In this document: piece after piece, positions 50,959 through 64,000 of the stretch
Position numbering within the stretch: the stretch's first letter is position 1
How the letters are laid out: the number at the start of each line of letters is the position of its first letter
Source: Trichoplax adhaerens
Lineage: Eukaryota > Animalia > Placozoa
NCBI RefSeq assembly: GCF_000150275.1
Contig: NW_002060947.1
Location: forward strand, 1,357,199 to 1,421,198
DNA: 64,000 nt
Direction of reading: 5' to 3'
Made by a program: the position numbers and the translations under genes
The notes under the pieces: model-generated
The model's database searches: none
Seen by the model: only the letters and a program-made list of their open reading frames with translations
Told to the model about the DNA's origin: nothing

Positions 50959-53872
50959 ATGATTGCTAGTGTTGCAAGTAAATTAAGAAAAGAATGGTTC
51001 TTACTTGGAATTGTATTATCCATCTTATTGGCTAAATTGCAACCCACTATTGGCAAGACTGGAGGTAAGAAGGAAATGAACTTGAGTAGATCTTGTTCAT
51101 CTTATACAAACTTGCTGACACTGTTGCGCTTGATTAATCCTCACCTCAAGGTCTGCTCAAACCTGAAATTACTATTAAATACTTTGCTGTTTCCATCATC
51201 TTCTTTAACAGCGGTATATCTTTACGCAGTGAAGTAAGTCAATTTTGATGTCGGTAGGCTGAAATTTATGCCTCCTATTTGAAATCCATTACACTATTTG
51301 ATTAGAGTCTGATTGCCACAGTCATGACTATCAAAGCGACCAACAACGAGTATCACCACGTATTACAATTTCGTCTTATCATCTGATTTATTACTAGTCA
51401 TAGTATTGATCATCGATCATCGAAGAATTTTAGCTGGAGCTCCACTGTAGATTTTTTATTTTTTTATTTTCGGAAGTTATTCCTTGCTATAGCATTACAT
51501 AAACTATTACATAACCGTAGATAAAACTCTTTTCTAATCACAAAGTTGACAATAAATAAGCTCCAGTAAAAGCAATGATAATGATGGTTAGAACAAACGA
51601 GTATCTTGCGTAATACGCATACTATACAGTGATTCTACTGCGATGGTTTTCAGTTTCGAGCATGGATTACATTGTAGCAAACTAATTCTTAATAAGAAGC
51701 TTCCTCTTTACTGCATCATGCCATAAAAGTAGAGATACTGTAGTAAATTAGTATTTATGTTCTTCATTTTGAAATACCTGCATTTTACAGTCACTATTCC
51801 CATATAAAACTTCATTTACAGTACAGTACTGTTGTAAGCATCATTGAAAAGCTACAATCAATTCTATACATTTCTCTGGCTTCGAATAGGAATTACTCAA
51901 ATCCTTTACCAACTATCGTCTGCACGCGCTTATTCAAGGATTTACCTTTATTGTCGTGCCAATATTTGTTAATATTTTAGTGGCAATGCTGAAGCACTTA
52001 GCGATTGATGAATGGTTATTGAAAGGGTAAGCTAAAGAATACAATTGAAAAACATTGCTGTCATCATGTCGACTCTGTACAACAATTATATTGATTCGTG
52101 TACTACATTGTCCTCTATTTATTGACTATAAATCACAGATTGATCGTTGTAAGCTGTATGCCTCCTCCTGTCTCTTCTGCTGTAATACTCACTAAAGCAT
52201 CTGGTGGTAACGAGGTAACTATCGATTATAGTTATTAGATATAGGCTTTATCATCTATTCCATTATTGAATTTATACAACTTCCAGGCTGGTGCCATCTT
52301 TAATTCAGCATTTGGTAGCTTTCTGGTAAGATAAGCAAAGTTATCATGTCATGTCTAGATTAATTTTTTATAGCGATTAACATTTTATTTCTATTCTATG
52401 ACATAGGATAACTTTATCATATCATGATTACATCAATTCTTGTAGCAATTAATATTATCAATGTTTTTATTCTATGTCATAGGGTGTCATTGTAACACCG
52501 TTATTGCTACTTGCAACTGTAAGTCACTAATTTTGAAAGATTGCGCCAATTTCACCTAAATCACTATACAGCAGTACTAATATTGCCTACGATCATTAAT
52601 TAATCGTAACTTTTAAAACAGCTTGGATCTGCCGCTACTGTTCCATTTCTGTCGGTATTTACTAAATTAGGATTAACTGTAGTTTTACCATTGGTATTAG
52701 GCCAGGTAAGTCCTATCTTTCTGCAGTAACCCAATTCTGTAGTGACTACAAAATTTGATGTAGCTTGTTACAATTACCTTGATGCTAGAGCAAAAGAGTC
52801 TTCCTTTCTGTGTTGTATTATACTGTGAATATAGATTATGATGCCCTAGATTATGTTGTCAAAGTAGAATTATAATCTTTATTATTAATAATAAATCTGA
52901 TTGATATACAATATGTTTTACTAGATTGTTAGAATGTATGTTAAAAACTGGTTAGAGACTACTAAACCGCCCATTGGGACAATTGGAAGGTTAATTCAGA
53001 TTCGGATTAGAATTAATTATTAAAGGAATACGTATGGTACTTATTTTCATACGTATAAGACTAAGAAATGATTCATTTCCATATTTTGGCTTATAGTTGT
53101 ATCCTCCTAATCATAATTTATACCACATTCTGTGACACCTTCAGTGGTAACTATGACATCTTCATTCCACTATCCATTGTAATCCCACAATTTACAAATA
53201 TAAATAACACAAACATGCAAACGATTACCGTTGTTGCAGGTGATGCCGCAAGTAGTATTCCAATGGGCAGTTTCTTGGCTATTGTTCTTTTAGGTAGCGT
53301 GAAAAATTAATTATTGTTATTTCATGTTCTACAAATATAATCTTTACGATCTTGCTATTGCTTTTATAAGTATTTTTATGTCAGGTAGTCTTCATGGCTT
53401 TCCTCTTTCAAGCATCGACGAGGTTAAAATAAATTAAATTCAACACCAAGTATTCCCTTAGTATCAATTAACGACAAATTAACGATGTACTGTCCTTTTC
53501 GTATTATCTGTAGGCTGAGATTCAAATCGAAAGATGTCGTGGCGGCCGTCTTTTGTGGCACTCATAAGTCTCTGACTCTAGGTAGTTAAAACTCTTACTT
53601 GTATTTTAATTTAATTAATTAATTGATGCTAATACTGGATTTATTGATCGTCATTTCGACAACTTTCATCTATCTTACGTATGGTTATGGTTACGAAACT
53701 AGGTATGCCAGTACTTAAAATTGTCTTCGGTGGCTACAGCCAATTATCATTGTTATCTATTCCTCTTTTGATCTACCATCCTTTGCAAATCTTATTTGGT
53801 GGTTTATTAGTTCCAACCGTTCAAAAATGGTTATCGCAACATCAGGATGCGGAAAATTTAGAGTCGGTTTAA
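50959..53872 (+). CDS. SLC10A7: Sodium/bile acid cotransporter family member 7
   Basis: KEWFLLGIV...IGKTGG|[45 protein letters not shown]|[34 protein letters not shown]|MPVLKIVF...[14 protein letters not shown] probable 5'UTR intron spans about 50673-50940. Confidence 0.95.
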
Positions 53873-55283
53873 TTAATACTGCATACTAGATAAAATTGGC
53901 TATCGTCCGGTACATACTTTGAAAATTTTTCCAAATGTTACATATATACTCGCAAGTATATATTCAGTGTATACTTACACATATTATCTAGAGTCTGTTA
54001 AACTAAAATGGTGTATCAATTATTAATAAAACTTCTTGCAATATTTCATTAAATTTAAGACTAATTTTCGTGGAAAATTTATCGTATGTATTCAGCTACA
54101 AGCCATGAACAGTTAGTTACGCTCGAAATCTATTACTGCAAATTTTTGTTATTCGCATAAATAACCAATAGATCTGTCGCCTTTTGTACATGAGATATAA
54201 TAACATTATGAGCTAAATTAATTGGGTCATTTATTTGTAGTAGCAGTTATTGAATACATATATAAGTAAATTCGTTCGTGTTTTACTAGTGCATCGCTAA
54301 TGTTTATATCACAAGAGAATGCATAAATGTGGAAGTATTATCTTCATAAGTAACGGACAAATGAAGTCATAATACCTTTACTGGGAAAGATCGTTATCTG
54401 AATTAAAATGGTTTTAAAGCATTCATTTGTAATACAATATAATGATATCAACCGTAGTCTTTTCGTAGCTACAACTTCGTTAGGCAAGATGCTTGAGATC
54501 AATACCATTTTTGCGATACTTGAATAACTGATTTGACGTTACAGTTCCTGAACTTCGGCCGAGTTCATCAGATGATGGTCAATATAATATTATACAAAGA
54601 GTAAACTTTCACTATTAAAAGTGGTTCTTAGGTAGTTAATGATTAGGAAGTGCGAATTAATGAATTATGTAAACACATTACAATTCAAATCAATTACAAA
54701 AAAACTTTCATGATAATCTGTAACGACTTTTGTTTGCGAGATAAGTCATTAGCTCTATACAAATGTAATCGGTTTTTCTAGCTTAGGCAAGTACATTTCC
54801 ATTACTAAGTTTACAACAATTTTATCGCAAAAGGTAACGAATGTGGACCATTAATAGTATTATTTGATATGAATTTTTAACCAATCGATAAGGTTAAGGA
54901 TGGATATAAATTCTACATAACATTACGGTAGATATACGAATATTAAGCAATAAAAATTGTACAAAAGAATCTTCTATAGATTCTGTTATACACAACTGGC
55001 TGTACTATACACCATAGAATTTTGCCATCTAAAGTCAATAGCCAGAACAATCGCATAACCATAATTTGGATTGGATATTACAACTCCTGATAACAATTTA
55101 CTTAATTGCAAATGATCTATATAGCAAAGAACATTAAAGGACATCGAAAAGTAACAAATAGTTATAAACAAGAAATCTTTCTTTCGTACATGTTGCATAG
55201 CTTAATTTACAGTACATTAAATTATACTAATAAGAAATTCATTCATTGAAGCAATGTCCAATAAGAAAATAAAAATTTAAACT

Positions 55284-58200
55284 CTATCGCCTCCACGGCC
55301 TATCTTCATCAGCTTCATCCTCTTCATCCAGTAACAAACTATCCTCACTGGACGACAAACCTTCATTATCTGATACGTTCATAGAACCTTCCGGTTCCTA
55401 ATGTGATAAAGTAATTGTTTAATTTTTACCTTCTTCTTTATCATCTTTTTACGGTAAACAATATAAGAAAGAAAGTTTATCAACCTTATTACTATCTTCT
55501 GTCATGTCATCAGCTAATAGAGCAGATTCTAAGTCTAGTTCCTGTTTCTCCTCTGTTACCATTTTTTGTGGCTCCGATTGGGGCTTAGGATTATACCATG
55601 AAAATACTAAAGATTTCGTTTTGTAGATGACTCCTTTTACAGCGGCCTAATTAACACATAGTGCAGAAAAAAGGATATAGTGTGATGTTAATGTTATATA
55701 AATATAACATTGTTACTCAAACTAAACAACAAAATCTTATACTAACAATTTCCGCCTCTTTCCTAGTTGAGAATTTAACGATTACGTGATCATTTTCGCC
55801 AACGTCAACTCCAGTAACGTTACCAAATTGCTGCAATATTTAAAGAAAATTATACTATAATTATTTACCAATGAAATCATTATCAATGCCATTCAATCAA
55901 AGTAGCTATGAACAAGGAAGAGAAATTAACAAATCCCTTACAGTAAAATGTGTAATAATGTCGTCTTTATCGTCCATTGATAGGCCTTGGACGCTTAATT
56001 GTGATGTCCTCTTATCTAAAACAGATCTACTTGAAACAGCAGCGTGTCCTCTACCACGACCTCTAAATCTCGTGCTCCATCTACCACGTAGTTGCTTTCG
56101 GCGAATCCTTCCATGAAATGGTTTGTTCGGGCTTTCAATTAATCCAAGATCTGTCGCCTTTCAAAAAATATAACAATAAATATACAGGATAAATCAAATA
56201 ATGTCAGTGATCAATACCTCTTTCTTTAATAGTTCAACCCTTTTTTCTAACTCTGCAGTGTCTTCACCGCTATTTTGCTTTGACAGCAGCTCTAATTCTT
56301 TATCTAATAGCTCCTTTTGGGCCTATTAACGGAATTAATATCTTATCCGTACAATCAAAGAAATATAATGTTCTATGAACCATTTTTGTATTACACTTAC
56401 ATCTTTTCGAGATTTTGGAACTGAAACTAGCCTATTTTTAACCGAATCGATATCTTCGTTTAATTTTTTAAGTGACTGTAGGAACAAGTATAGTTATCAA
56501 TTAGTCCAATGATCTATAATTGTAACACTAATTATATGATCATTCATTAAATGGTAACATAATGATGACCTGAAGTATAAAATCACGTTCTTTCGGATTT
56601 TTTGTATCATTCAATTTCTTAGCAAGAATCTGAAATGAACATTAACTAATCAAAATCCTAATCTACTTTTGTATATAGTAACAACTTCTCAGAAATTCAT
56701 TTCTTAATATGTTACCTTATACTGCGTAATTAATTTCTGATATAAATCTTGAGACTGTTTTTGTATTTCTAATCTTTTTTGTACGATATCCTGAAAAAAT
56801 TATCAATAATAAGATATACACGGATGAGTAGGAGCTATACTAGCCAAATGTAATAAGCGTAAGCTTACCTTACTACTATTTCCAGCAGTGGGCGTTGCTG
56901 CTGCGCTACGAGACATCTTAAACGCCTCAGGATTATGAAACTATGTCATAGAATGTGTAAAATCATCATCATATTTCTATTTTCGTATGTCCTATAAATT
57001 ATATTTTGTTTCATTAACCGTAAGCTCACCTTGTTTGGCACAACTGATGGTTTTGAAGAATTATCACCAACATTCGCAAGCTCTGTAGCATTACTGGGCT
57101 GAGAATCTTTATCATCATCCGGTTTTTGCTGTGCATAATGCAACAATAAAAATTTATGCTCTGATAACGTTAATATTTCCATGATAATAGAAATAAGAAT
57201 ACACTGATAACTACCTCAGTTTCCGGTATTGGGTCAATTTTCCAAAAAACTTTAATAAATCTATTATTTAGAACAGCTTCTGGGCTATCATGAGCACTTT
57301 TAGCTTCAGCGTGAGTTGAAAACTGAATTAATGCAGCTTGTTTATCCCCTTCGACGCCAATCTAATGGAAGTAAGTATTAACACAATAAGACAATTAAAT
57401 CTGACAACTAAGATTTATAAAGGCATAATCAATGCCAGTTAATGATCAATTTTTATTCATGTCCTCAGTTTTAAGTAACACAACTAGTTGCTTAGTTAAC
57501 TAGCCATGGGTTGCAAAAAGAGATTAATTTTGCACAATATTTTGGTAACAAAATCATGGATATGCGATTTTTTACCCTGTGAACTGTGCCGAAAAATGGA
57601 TAGCAAGTTAAGGCAACATACCTGAATATTCATAATATTACCAAATTTTCCAAAATGTTCGTTCAACTTCGTTATAGTGTTTAATTCCTGTGGAATTTTT
57701 CTAATTTCTAGAGTAACTGAATCTCTAATTCTGGCCTTGCTTTTAAAGCCAAGACGATTATAATCGAAGCGACGTTTTTGGGGAGGTCCAGTATCATCCA
57801 TTTCAGCAACTCGTTTTTTATTCATTTCATTATTAACATCCGACATGGGCGGTTTAAACCTGGGTAAATCTGTATAAAATTATATTCAAGAAATATTATC
57901 AATGTCATGGAAAAAAAGTACTTTATCATGTAAGGGAAAAATTTCATATTTACCTGACATAGGTTTACCGGAATTCATTTCTGACGTAGGCGTTCTAAGT
58001 GGCCATACCGGTGGCGGCATCATAGCTCTACCTTCAAACGAAGGCTGTTCAGGGTTATAGGCATCATTCCCTTTAAATAGTGAAAATAATATATATCCAT
58101 ATATTAATGTACAAGAATTAGGAAAACTAGTACAATATTTTTATAAGGCATGATTCAATCTGCAGATCCATAACTACAGGGTGATGATTTATTGACAACA

Positions 58201-61200
58201 ATACCAATAATAGTAAGTGTGTTTGCATACCCGAGAAGGGTAATCTTTTACCGCGAATAGGACCTCCTGGTTGTCTAGGTGGCGGCATAGACATTCTTGA
58301 TGCTTGCATTGGCGGTGGTGGAGGCATAGAAGATCTTAATCCAGGTGGAACTGGACGTACAATGGGCATCATATTAGGCGGAGGGTTATGATGTTGCATC
58401 CTTCCAGGTCCAACGCGAAATGGAGGTCTATTACCATTATCAACTACAAGTATATCAGATGCTGGTAATCTTAATTGTTGTGTGTCTTCAACTACAACCG
58501 CGTCATTGCCATGGTCATACGGACAAGTTTCACCGCGCACACAAAATCCCTTTTCTGTTGAAATTGTTGAATAGTACAAATTACTACAAATACCACTTTT
58601 ATAAGCATATCCGTACTCGTGGTAAGTAATTATTGCTTAAGTAATGAATGGCTATTAATGATATACCATCGTAATCACGGCATCGTTGTTGAATTTTCGG
58701 AGGGAAGCGTACCCTAAAATTTAAACCATTAAATCTATTGATTAAAATAGAATATGACCGACTTGTATTAACAGCTAATCATTATGATCATACATCTAAC
58801 CTATTATTAGCGTTGACCGTGCCCGGTGCTTCCCTATCACCAACATCCGCTAAATTTTTCATCTCATTTTTTCCACGATCTGACCGTCTATCGGTTCGCT
58901 GTCTGCCGCGATTAATTCTATCATGTTGTCCTATTAAGAATAATTACCAAATATCAATACATTTCGAGTAAAATCTATTTAATCAAAGGTGCTAGCTATA
59001 ATATTCAATGATTAAAGCATCCTTTATAGGATAATTAGAATCATGCCATGGATACGTACCTATTCGTCCATCATCTTCCGGTCGACGCTTAGATCTTCTA
59101 TTGCTAGTGGAGACTACAACATGAATGCCAGTTGGCTCATTATTATTATTATGTTCGACAGACTCTTCGATTCTGTCTTCGTCGTTACGCGACCGTGGTG
59201 CCCTCCTAAAATCTCTCTCATCATCATCAAGGGTCTAGGTAAAGATAAGAGAGAATGAGGAGAATAGAATAATCAATAGAAAATTAATATATATATTCCA
59301 CTTAAAATAGCCGCTACAAGTAACACAGACAAAAGTAACTGTCATGCCAACATTCTCTAAGAGATATTATGATTATTTTTACCAATAATGAATATTACTA
59401 TGTGCAAGAATAAAACCACTTGTAATATTTGTACACATAAGTATACCGATTGAGTCAACAACAAAAGTATTAACATTTCTACCTCGTAGTGTGATATTCT
59501 TCTATCAACATTGGGTGCATTGTCGATGCCTGGAGCATCAGTCGTAGTATCATCTACTGATAAATATGCTTTCTTTTTCAAGGCATCAAATAATTCATTG
59601 ACGAAGTTGGTAGTTTCTACAAATTGAATAATTAAAATTAGACTAATAGTATCCGGCATGGATAGTAGACAAAGCATCTGTACAATTTTGTTTTTATTTT
59701 ATAATTTATCGTATAGCAGATCAATATTATCGTAGCTAATTCGTTATTCCATGTACTCAATTGCAATACAGCCTATTTAGACAATGAACATTAGCCGTAG
59801 AAACATCCATCTTTACGCTACACCGTGGAGAACTAACATTTATACTACTCGTATTGAACCAATGAGTCAATGATAAATGAAAAGATGATATTTTTACCGT
59901 TACTAAATAGAATGTTATCGTATCAATGATCTACTCGTATATACATTGTACAGTATCATTGTAGCAGTTATCGCAAGACAATATCATTGTTAAGGATAGT
60001 ATTTTATTAATGACAGTATTTATAAGCTAATACGTATTGATTTTGACACAATATACACTCTAGTTTAAGAATTCATACGACTGTGATGAAAAGTTAATTT
60101 TTTACCTGAAGCAAGAAAAACTTCTAACTGATTTAGACAGATATTCTTGACCTCGTTATTTGGTTTTTCTTTTTTAACTAAAGCTATTACATACTTAGCC
60201 AAGGCGTTAGGATCAGCATCGCAACTAAAAAATGAAGAGAAAAAGCAACACAATAAATACACCCGGTCAATAGATAGGGATAATTGCTCGGTAGCCATGA
60301 AGATGGCCAATTGTCTAATCTATGCTTCCAACTTTATCGAATAAACAAGAATAATATACTGTACGTCAACGTATCGATTCGTTGGTATGCAGGGAAAAGA
60401 AGACTTGTCATCGATAGCGGTTGGTATAAATAGTCTTTACCATTCCATCCTACTATTTTACTACTTTATACAGTATGTCCATAATGTAGCATTCTAGGCA
60501 TACTCTTATCATGGAGTGCATGATTATACGTCCAAAAGCGTTCATTGCATACAATCAATGGCAATAGCCATCACGATTGATCATGTCAGGAAAAATGCAT
60601 CAACCCATTACTAGCTTTCATTGACGTTTACAAGGTGCATTGCCTACAAGTATTTGGTAGACGATCAATCGCTGTTGCGTTCAATGTATGATGATCATTA
60701 GTCTTTGGAAAGTCCTCTATGGTGATCATCAATCATTCTATCCCTTACCATCAACACCGACTATTTTGGAAATCACCCGCTACGTGTATGTTAACATTTC
60801 GATACTAAATCATACTATCAAGCGCATCAGTATTTTGAAACAGTTGTGCATTGAACGAGGGGAAATTCTAATGTAAGGCAATTACATAACACACTCTTTC
60901 AGCTGTATTATCACGGAAGAACCATTTTGATAATGTTTAGTAATCATTTCTACACCGGTTAGTCAATCTCTCTCCTCAACATTGTACGCAAACGATAGGA
61001 CCTATCGACCTTACGTAAACACTGTATAATGCATCAAGACCGGACTTGACATTGCTACCTTGTCAGGCAATTACGTCGGGGTCAGTGTTGTACTCTCCAT
61101 TGCTCAACGCTAATTATCTGTCTAAATGGAATAAAAATGTGTCCATGGACTTGAACTATCATCCTGGATAAAAGAAAAAAATAGAAAAACTGTAGTAATT

Positions 61201-61753
61201 ATGGATCATGATGCAGACATGGCACGTACGCCATTAAACTATTGATCCATACGACGAGGGATATCGTAATCATGGTTTAAAGATGAGATTTTGTTTGGTT
61301 TGGCGAGCTAAGAGTACAGTAGTAGAAGCTGTCACGATGTCGAGATTGACATAGTGCAATGAGTAATTAATTTTGTTCTTTCTTCCAGTATGACTGCTTG
61401 ATAACAAGCTCTCAATCTAACCTTTCTCTGTCAATAGAATGCTAACAGAACATTAACGTGTTGTCCACGATTGAAAAGTTGGATAGTGAGTGATTGCATC
61501 AAGTAGCCAACCAGGATTTGACCACGCGGACATACTGTATCAAAAGCAAATCTACTGTCTGTACCTTCCCTTTGGCTACAGTGCGTAGCGTACAACGAGA
61601 ACAGTCATGTCGTCAAAGAGAAAAGTGCAAGATTGCCAATGACAATCCACATACACAAGCGTTGAAAAAGATAAACTAGATTTACAATACATACATAGGT
61701 TGTAAACGATTTGTTAGCCACACTTTAAGCGCATCAAAATCTTCGATATGCAT
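55284..61753 (-). CDS. RBM26: RNA-binding protein 26/27 (PWI, CCCH zinc finger, two RRMs)
   Basis: MHIEDFDALKVWLTNRLQPI|CDADPNALAKYVIALVKK (PWI); RCRDYD|EKGFCVRGETCPYDHG (CCCH); TLEIRKIPQELNTITKLNEHFGKFG and EAVLNNRFIKVFW (RRM1); C-terminal DEDRPWRR*. Probably co-orthologous to RBM26 and RBM27. Confidence 0.93.
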
Positions 61754-61869
61754 TTGTTCCTCAACGTCTCGTTGACTTGCTTCTTTGCCAAAAGAAGAAG
61801 CACACGATGTCCGACCTAACGATGATACACTGGCAGTGGATATGAGCCAGGCAGGCACTAGTGGCATCC

Positions 61870-62910
61870 AGTACAGTACAAAGCTTTTGGATTGACGGTT
61901 TGGCCTTACTGTACAGTACTGTACACTGTAAAGTAGGTCAGCTGCGCGTGCATTTCACCCTTGAGGTGCGTAGCGCTACGTAGGGTCAGTATAGTACAGC
62001 TGACTCGGCTTTTCTGTCTGGGTGCAGTTCTCTCTGGCTACAGTACGCTACAGTCATGGAGCAGCAGAAATATTTTCTTCTAGTACAGTAGTCCATGCTA
62101 CAGTGCACCGTCATACAGACGACAGCAAAATGAACGAACAGTGTCTACATCTCCACCAACTACGATACTGTACTGTAATGTACAGTGTACAGTATGGCAA
62201 GAGAATGACGACACCATTGGAGTATCAGACTGTAGTGTACAGATTCTTGTAATTGAACTCTTCCTCTATCGATTGACTTGTATTTTATTGAAAATCGACT
62301 GAAATTTCATTATTTTATTTTCAAAGTTTTTGGGCAAAATGGCCTGAGACAAGCTGTACACTCAACAGTATAATCTACTATTGAGAAGACTGTACTGTAG
62401 ACCTTTTTCCCTGTAGAGCATTTTCTTCTAACCACCTCACTGTTCTAGTTTCTATCGTGCTGTACAGTACAGTACTGTACAGTGTACAGTACTGTGTACT
62501 GTAGGACTGACAATGTTTTGACAGTGCTTGCACAATGCACACACTATACGTACAGTACCATGACGTAGTACAATATGACACTGTCTTCATTTTGGACAAA
62601 CTCCAACTGGAAAATCTCACTCATAAAACGTCAATATTCAGCAAAAAACGCAAAGAAAACAGAGAGTCTTATAGAAAAATTCCACTCACACAAACCAAAA
62701 ATCAACCTTGGGTGAAATTTGAATTGCACATCAAGGATTTTATTGGTACACAACCCGACAATACGTTTACTAGGGCCAAGCCGATGTCAAGTCATTATTT
62801 TTGATGCAAGTTATCTGTAGCGTCATCCTTTTGCAAAACTGTGGTAAAGACTAGTACAGTACTTTGGAGTTCTTGTCTACAGTACATACTGTACACTGTA
62901 CACTGTAGTG
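61870..62910. promoter_or_regulatory. TACAGTAC/CTGTACAG-dense region upstream of RBM26
   Basis: Clusters at about 61870-61930, 62165-62195, 62460-62560 and 62850-62910. Confidence 0.6.
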
Positions 62911-64000
62911 TGCATCCAATTAGATCCCTTCAACTTTCTCTACTGGACCGTACTGAAATTTCTTTGCAATGGGAAGTTGCGAACCTTCCTTTAAAATCAT
63001 GCAGGTGAATTCAATAAATAATACTAAAACTAACTTAGCTAAATACAACCATCAAGACCCAGCTTGTTATACAGTACCAGGGACTACTGAAGAGAGAAAA
63101 CGTTTAGTAGTCCCTAGCAGGACTGTATTTGAACGCGATGGCACAGATTACTGTATAGACTACAGTAATGTCCCAATACTCTGTTAGTAGAGTAATCATG
63201 GTGACATAATATTTTGCGAGCGACCTGCTCTGCCCAATGTGCCGATGGACCAAGAAAACCGTTGCAGTGGTCCATGTCAGTATTTACGGTGGCACAAAAG
63301 GGCCAAAAGGATTTCTCTGTCAAGAAACGAGCGCTCTCCTATACAAATACCACATTCCTATGGAGAAAATCATACTCCCGTACAAAAGTCGCACTAGGTG
63401 TGGAGAAATCGTGCTCCTGTAGCACGTCTGTACACCACTTGGCCTGGCCATAATGTAGTGGATGTGAGCAATGATTACTGACTGGATAGTGAATACATGC
63501 GTACAACCTACAACTCCGACTGACTGACTTTTTCATCTGATTGGATTGGTAATGGATTTCTCGTCGTTTGGAGGATTTCATAGAATCCTAACAAGCAACA
63601 CCAATCGCTTTTAACGTTAAAAATAAATAATGTCGTGCCTGGACTACTGCCTAAGGATGAAATCATCGCTAGTTTGGCAGAAAATTGGAACTCATGCTAT
63701 TTTAGTTCGATTGACAGTTAATAAAATATGTAAAAATATTGCACAATGACATAGACAATGAAGACTGCCACAATGCATTGTGTATTGTGCCAGCCAGATT
63801 AGCTGTAGTACTCGACTACTTTTCTGCTGCTTATAGCACTTTTGCACCATGGATTGATTACTGGAATTGACTACACTAACTGAAATCGCACACCATTGCG
63901 TGCCAATGAGAGTTTTGATACTGTAATATGAATTAATTAATGTTATACTCAATGCACGTTTTAGGGATTTACTACTTGCTGGTACCTGACTACCATTAGA

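Noticed and set aside
63114-63581. GIY-YIG/Penelope retroelement remnant (RNVVF, HIGQSRSL fragments)
   Set aside because: Fragments are short, in different frames, wrongly spaced, and no reverse transcriptase motifs are nearby.

Overview
AT-rich, gene-dense eukaryotic DNA with many short spliceosomal introns. Composition and gene content suggest an early-branching animal, most likely a placozoan such as Trichoplax (inference, not verified). Reading exons by hand gives nine protein-coding loci: (1) the 3' part of a D/E/K-rich low-complexity protein (+); (2) JIP3/JIP4 (-); (3) an FCHSD-like F-BAR protein with one SH3 domain (+); (4) LAS1L (+); (5-6) VBP1/prefoldin-3 (-) head-to-head with POMP (+); (7) a receptor with 3 kringles, an Ig domain, a TM helix and a tyrosine-kinase-like domain whose catalytic motifs are degenerate (+); (8) SLC10A7 (+); (9) RBM26/27 (-). 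Most notable: the kringle/Ig receptor pseudokinase, preceded by decayed discoidin-like and cadherin-like exons; a gene set matching human ParaHox-paralogon chromosomes with POMP next to an RTK; promoter-associated TACAGTAC/CTGTACAG clusters, NRF1-like sites and long imperfect hairpins; a candidate U12 intron; GC-AG introns; a 6-unit ~135-bp tandem array; and a recurring CATGGACYA inverted-repeat family. No CRISPR array, rRNA, tRNA or intact transposase was seen. Exon boundaries were read by eye and may be off by a few bases.
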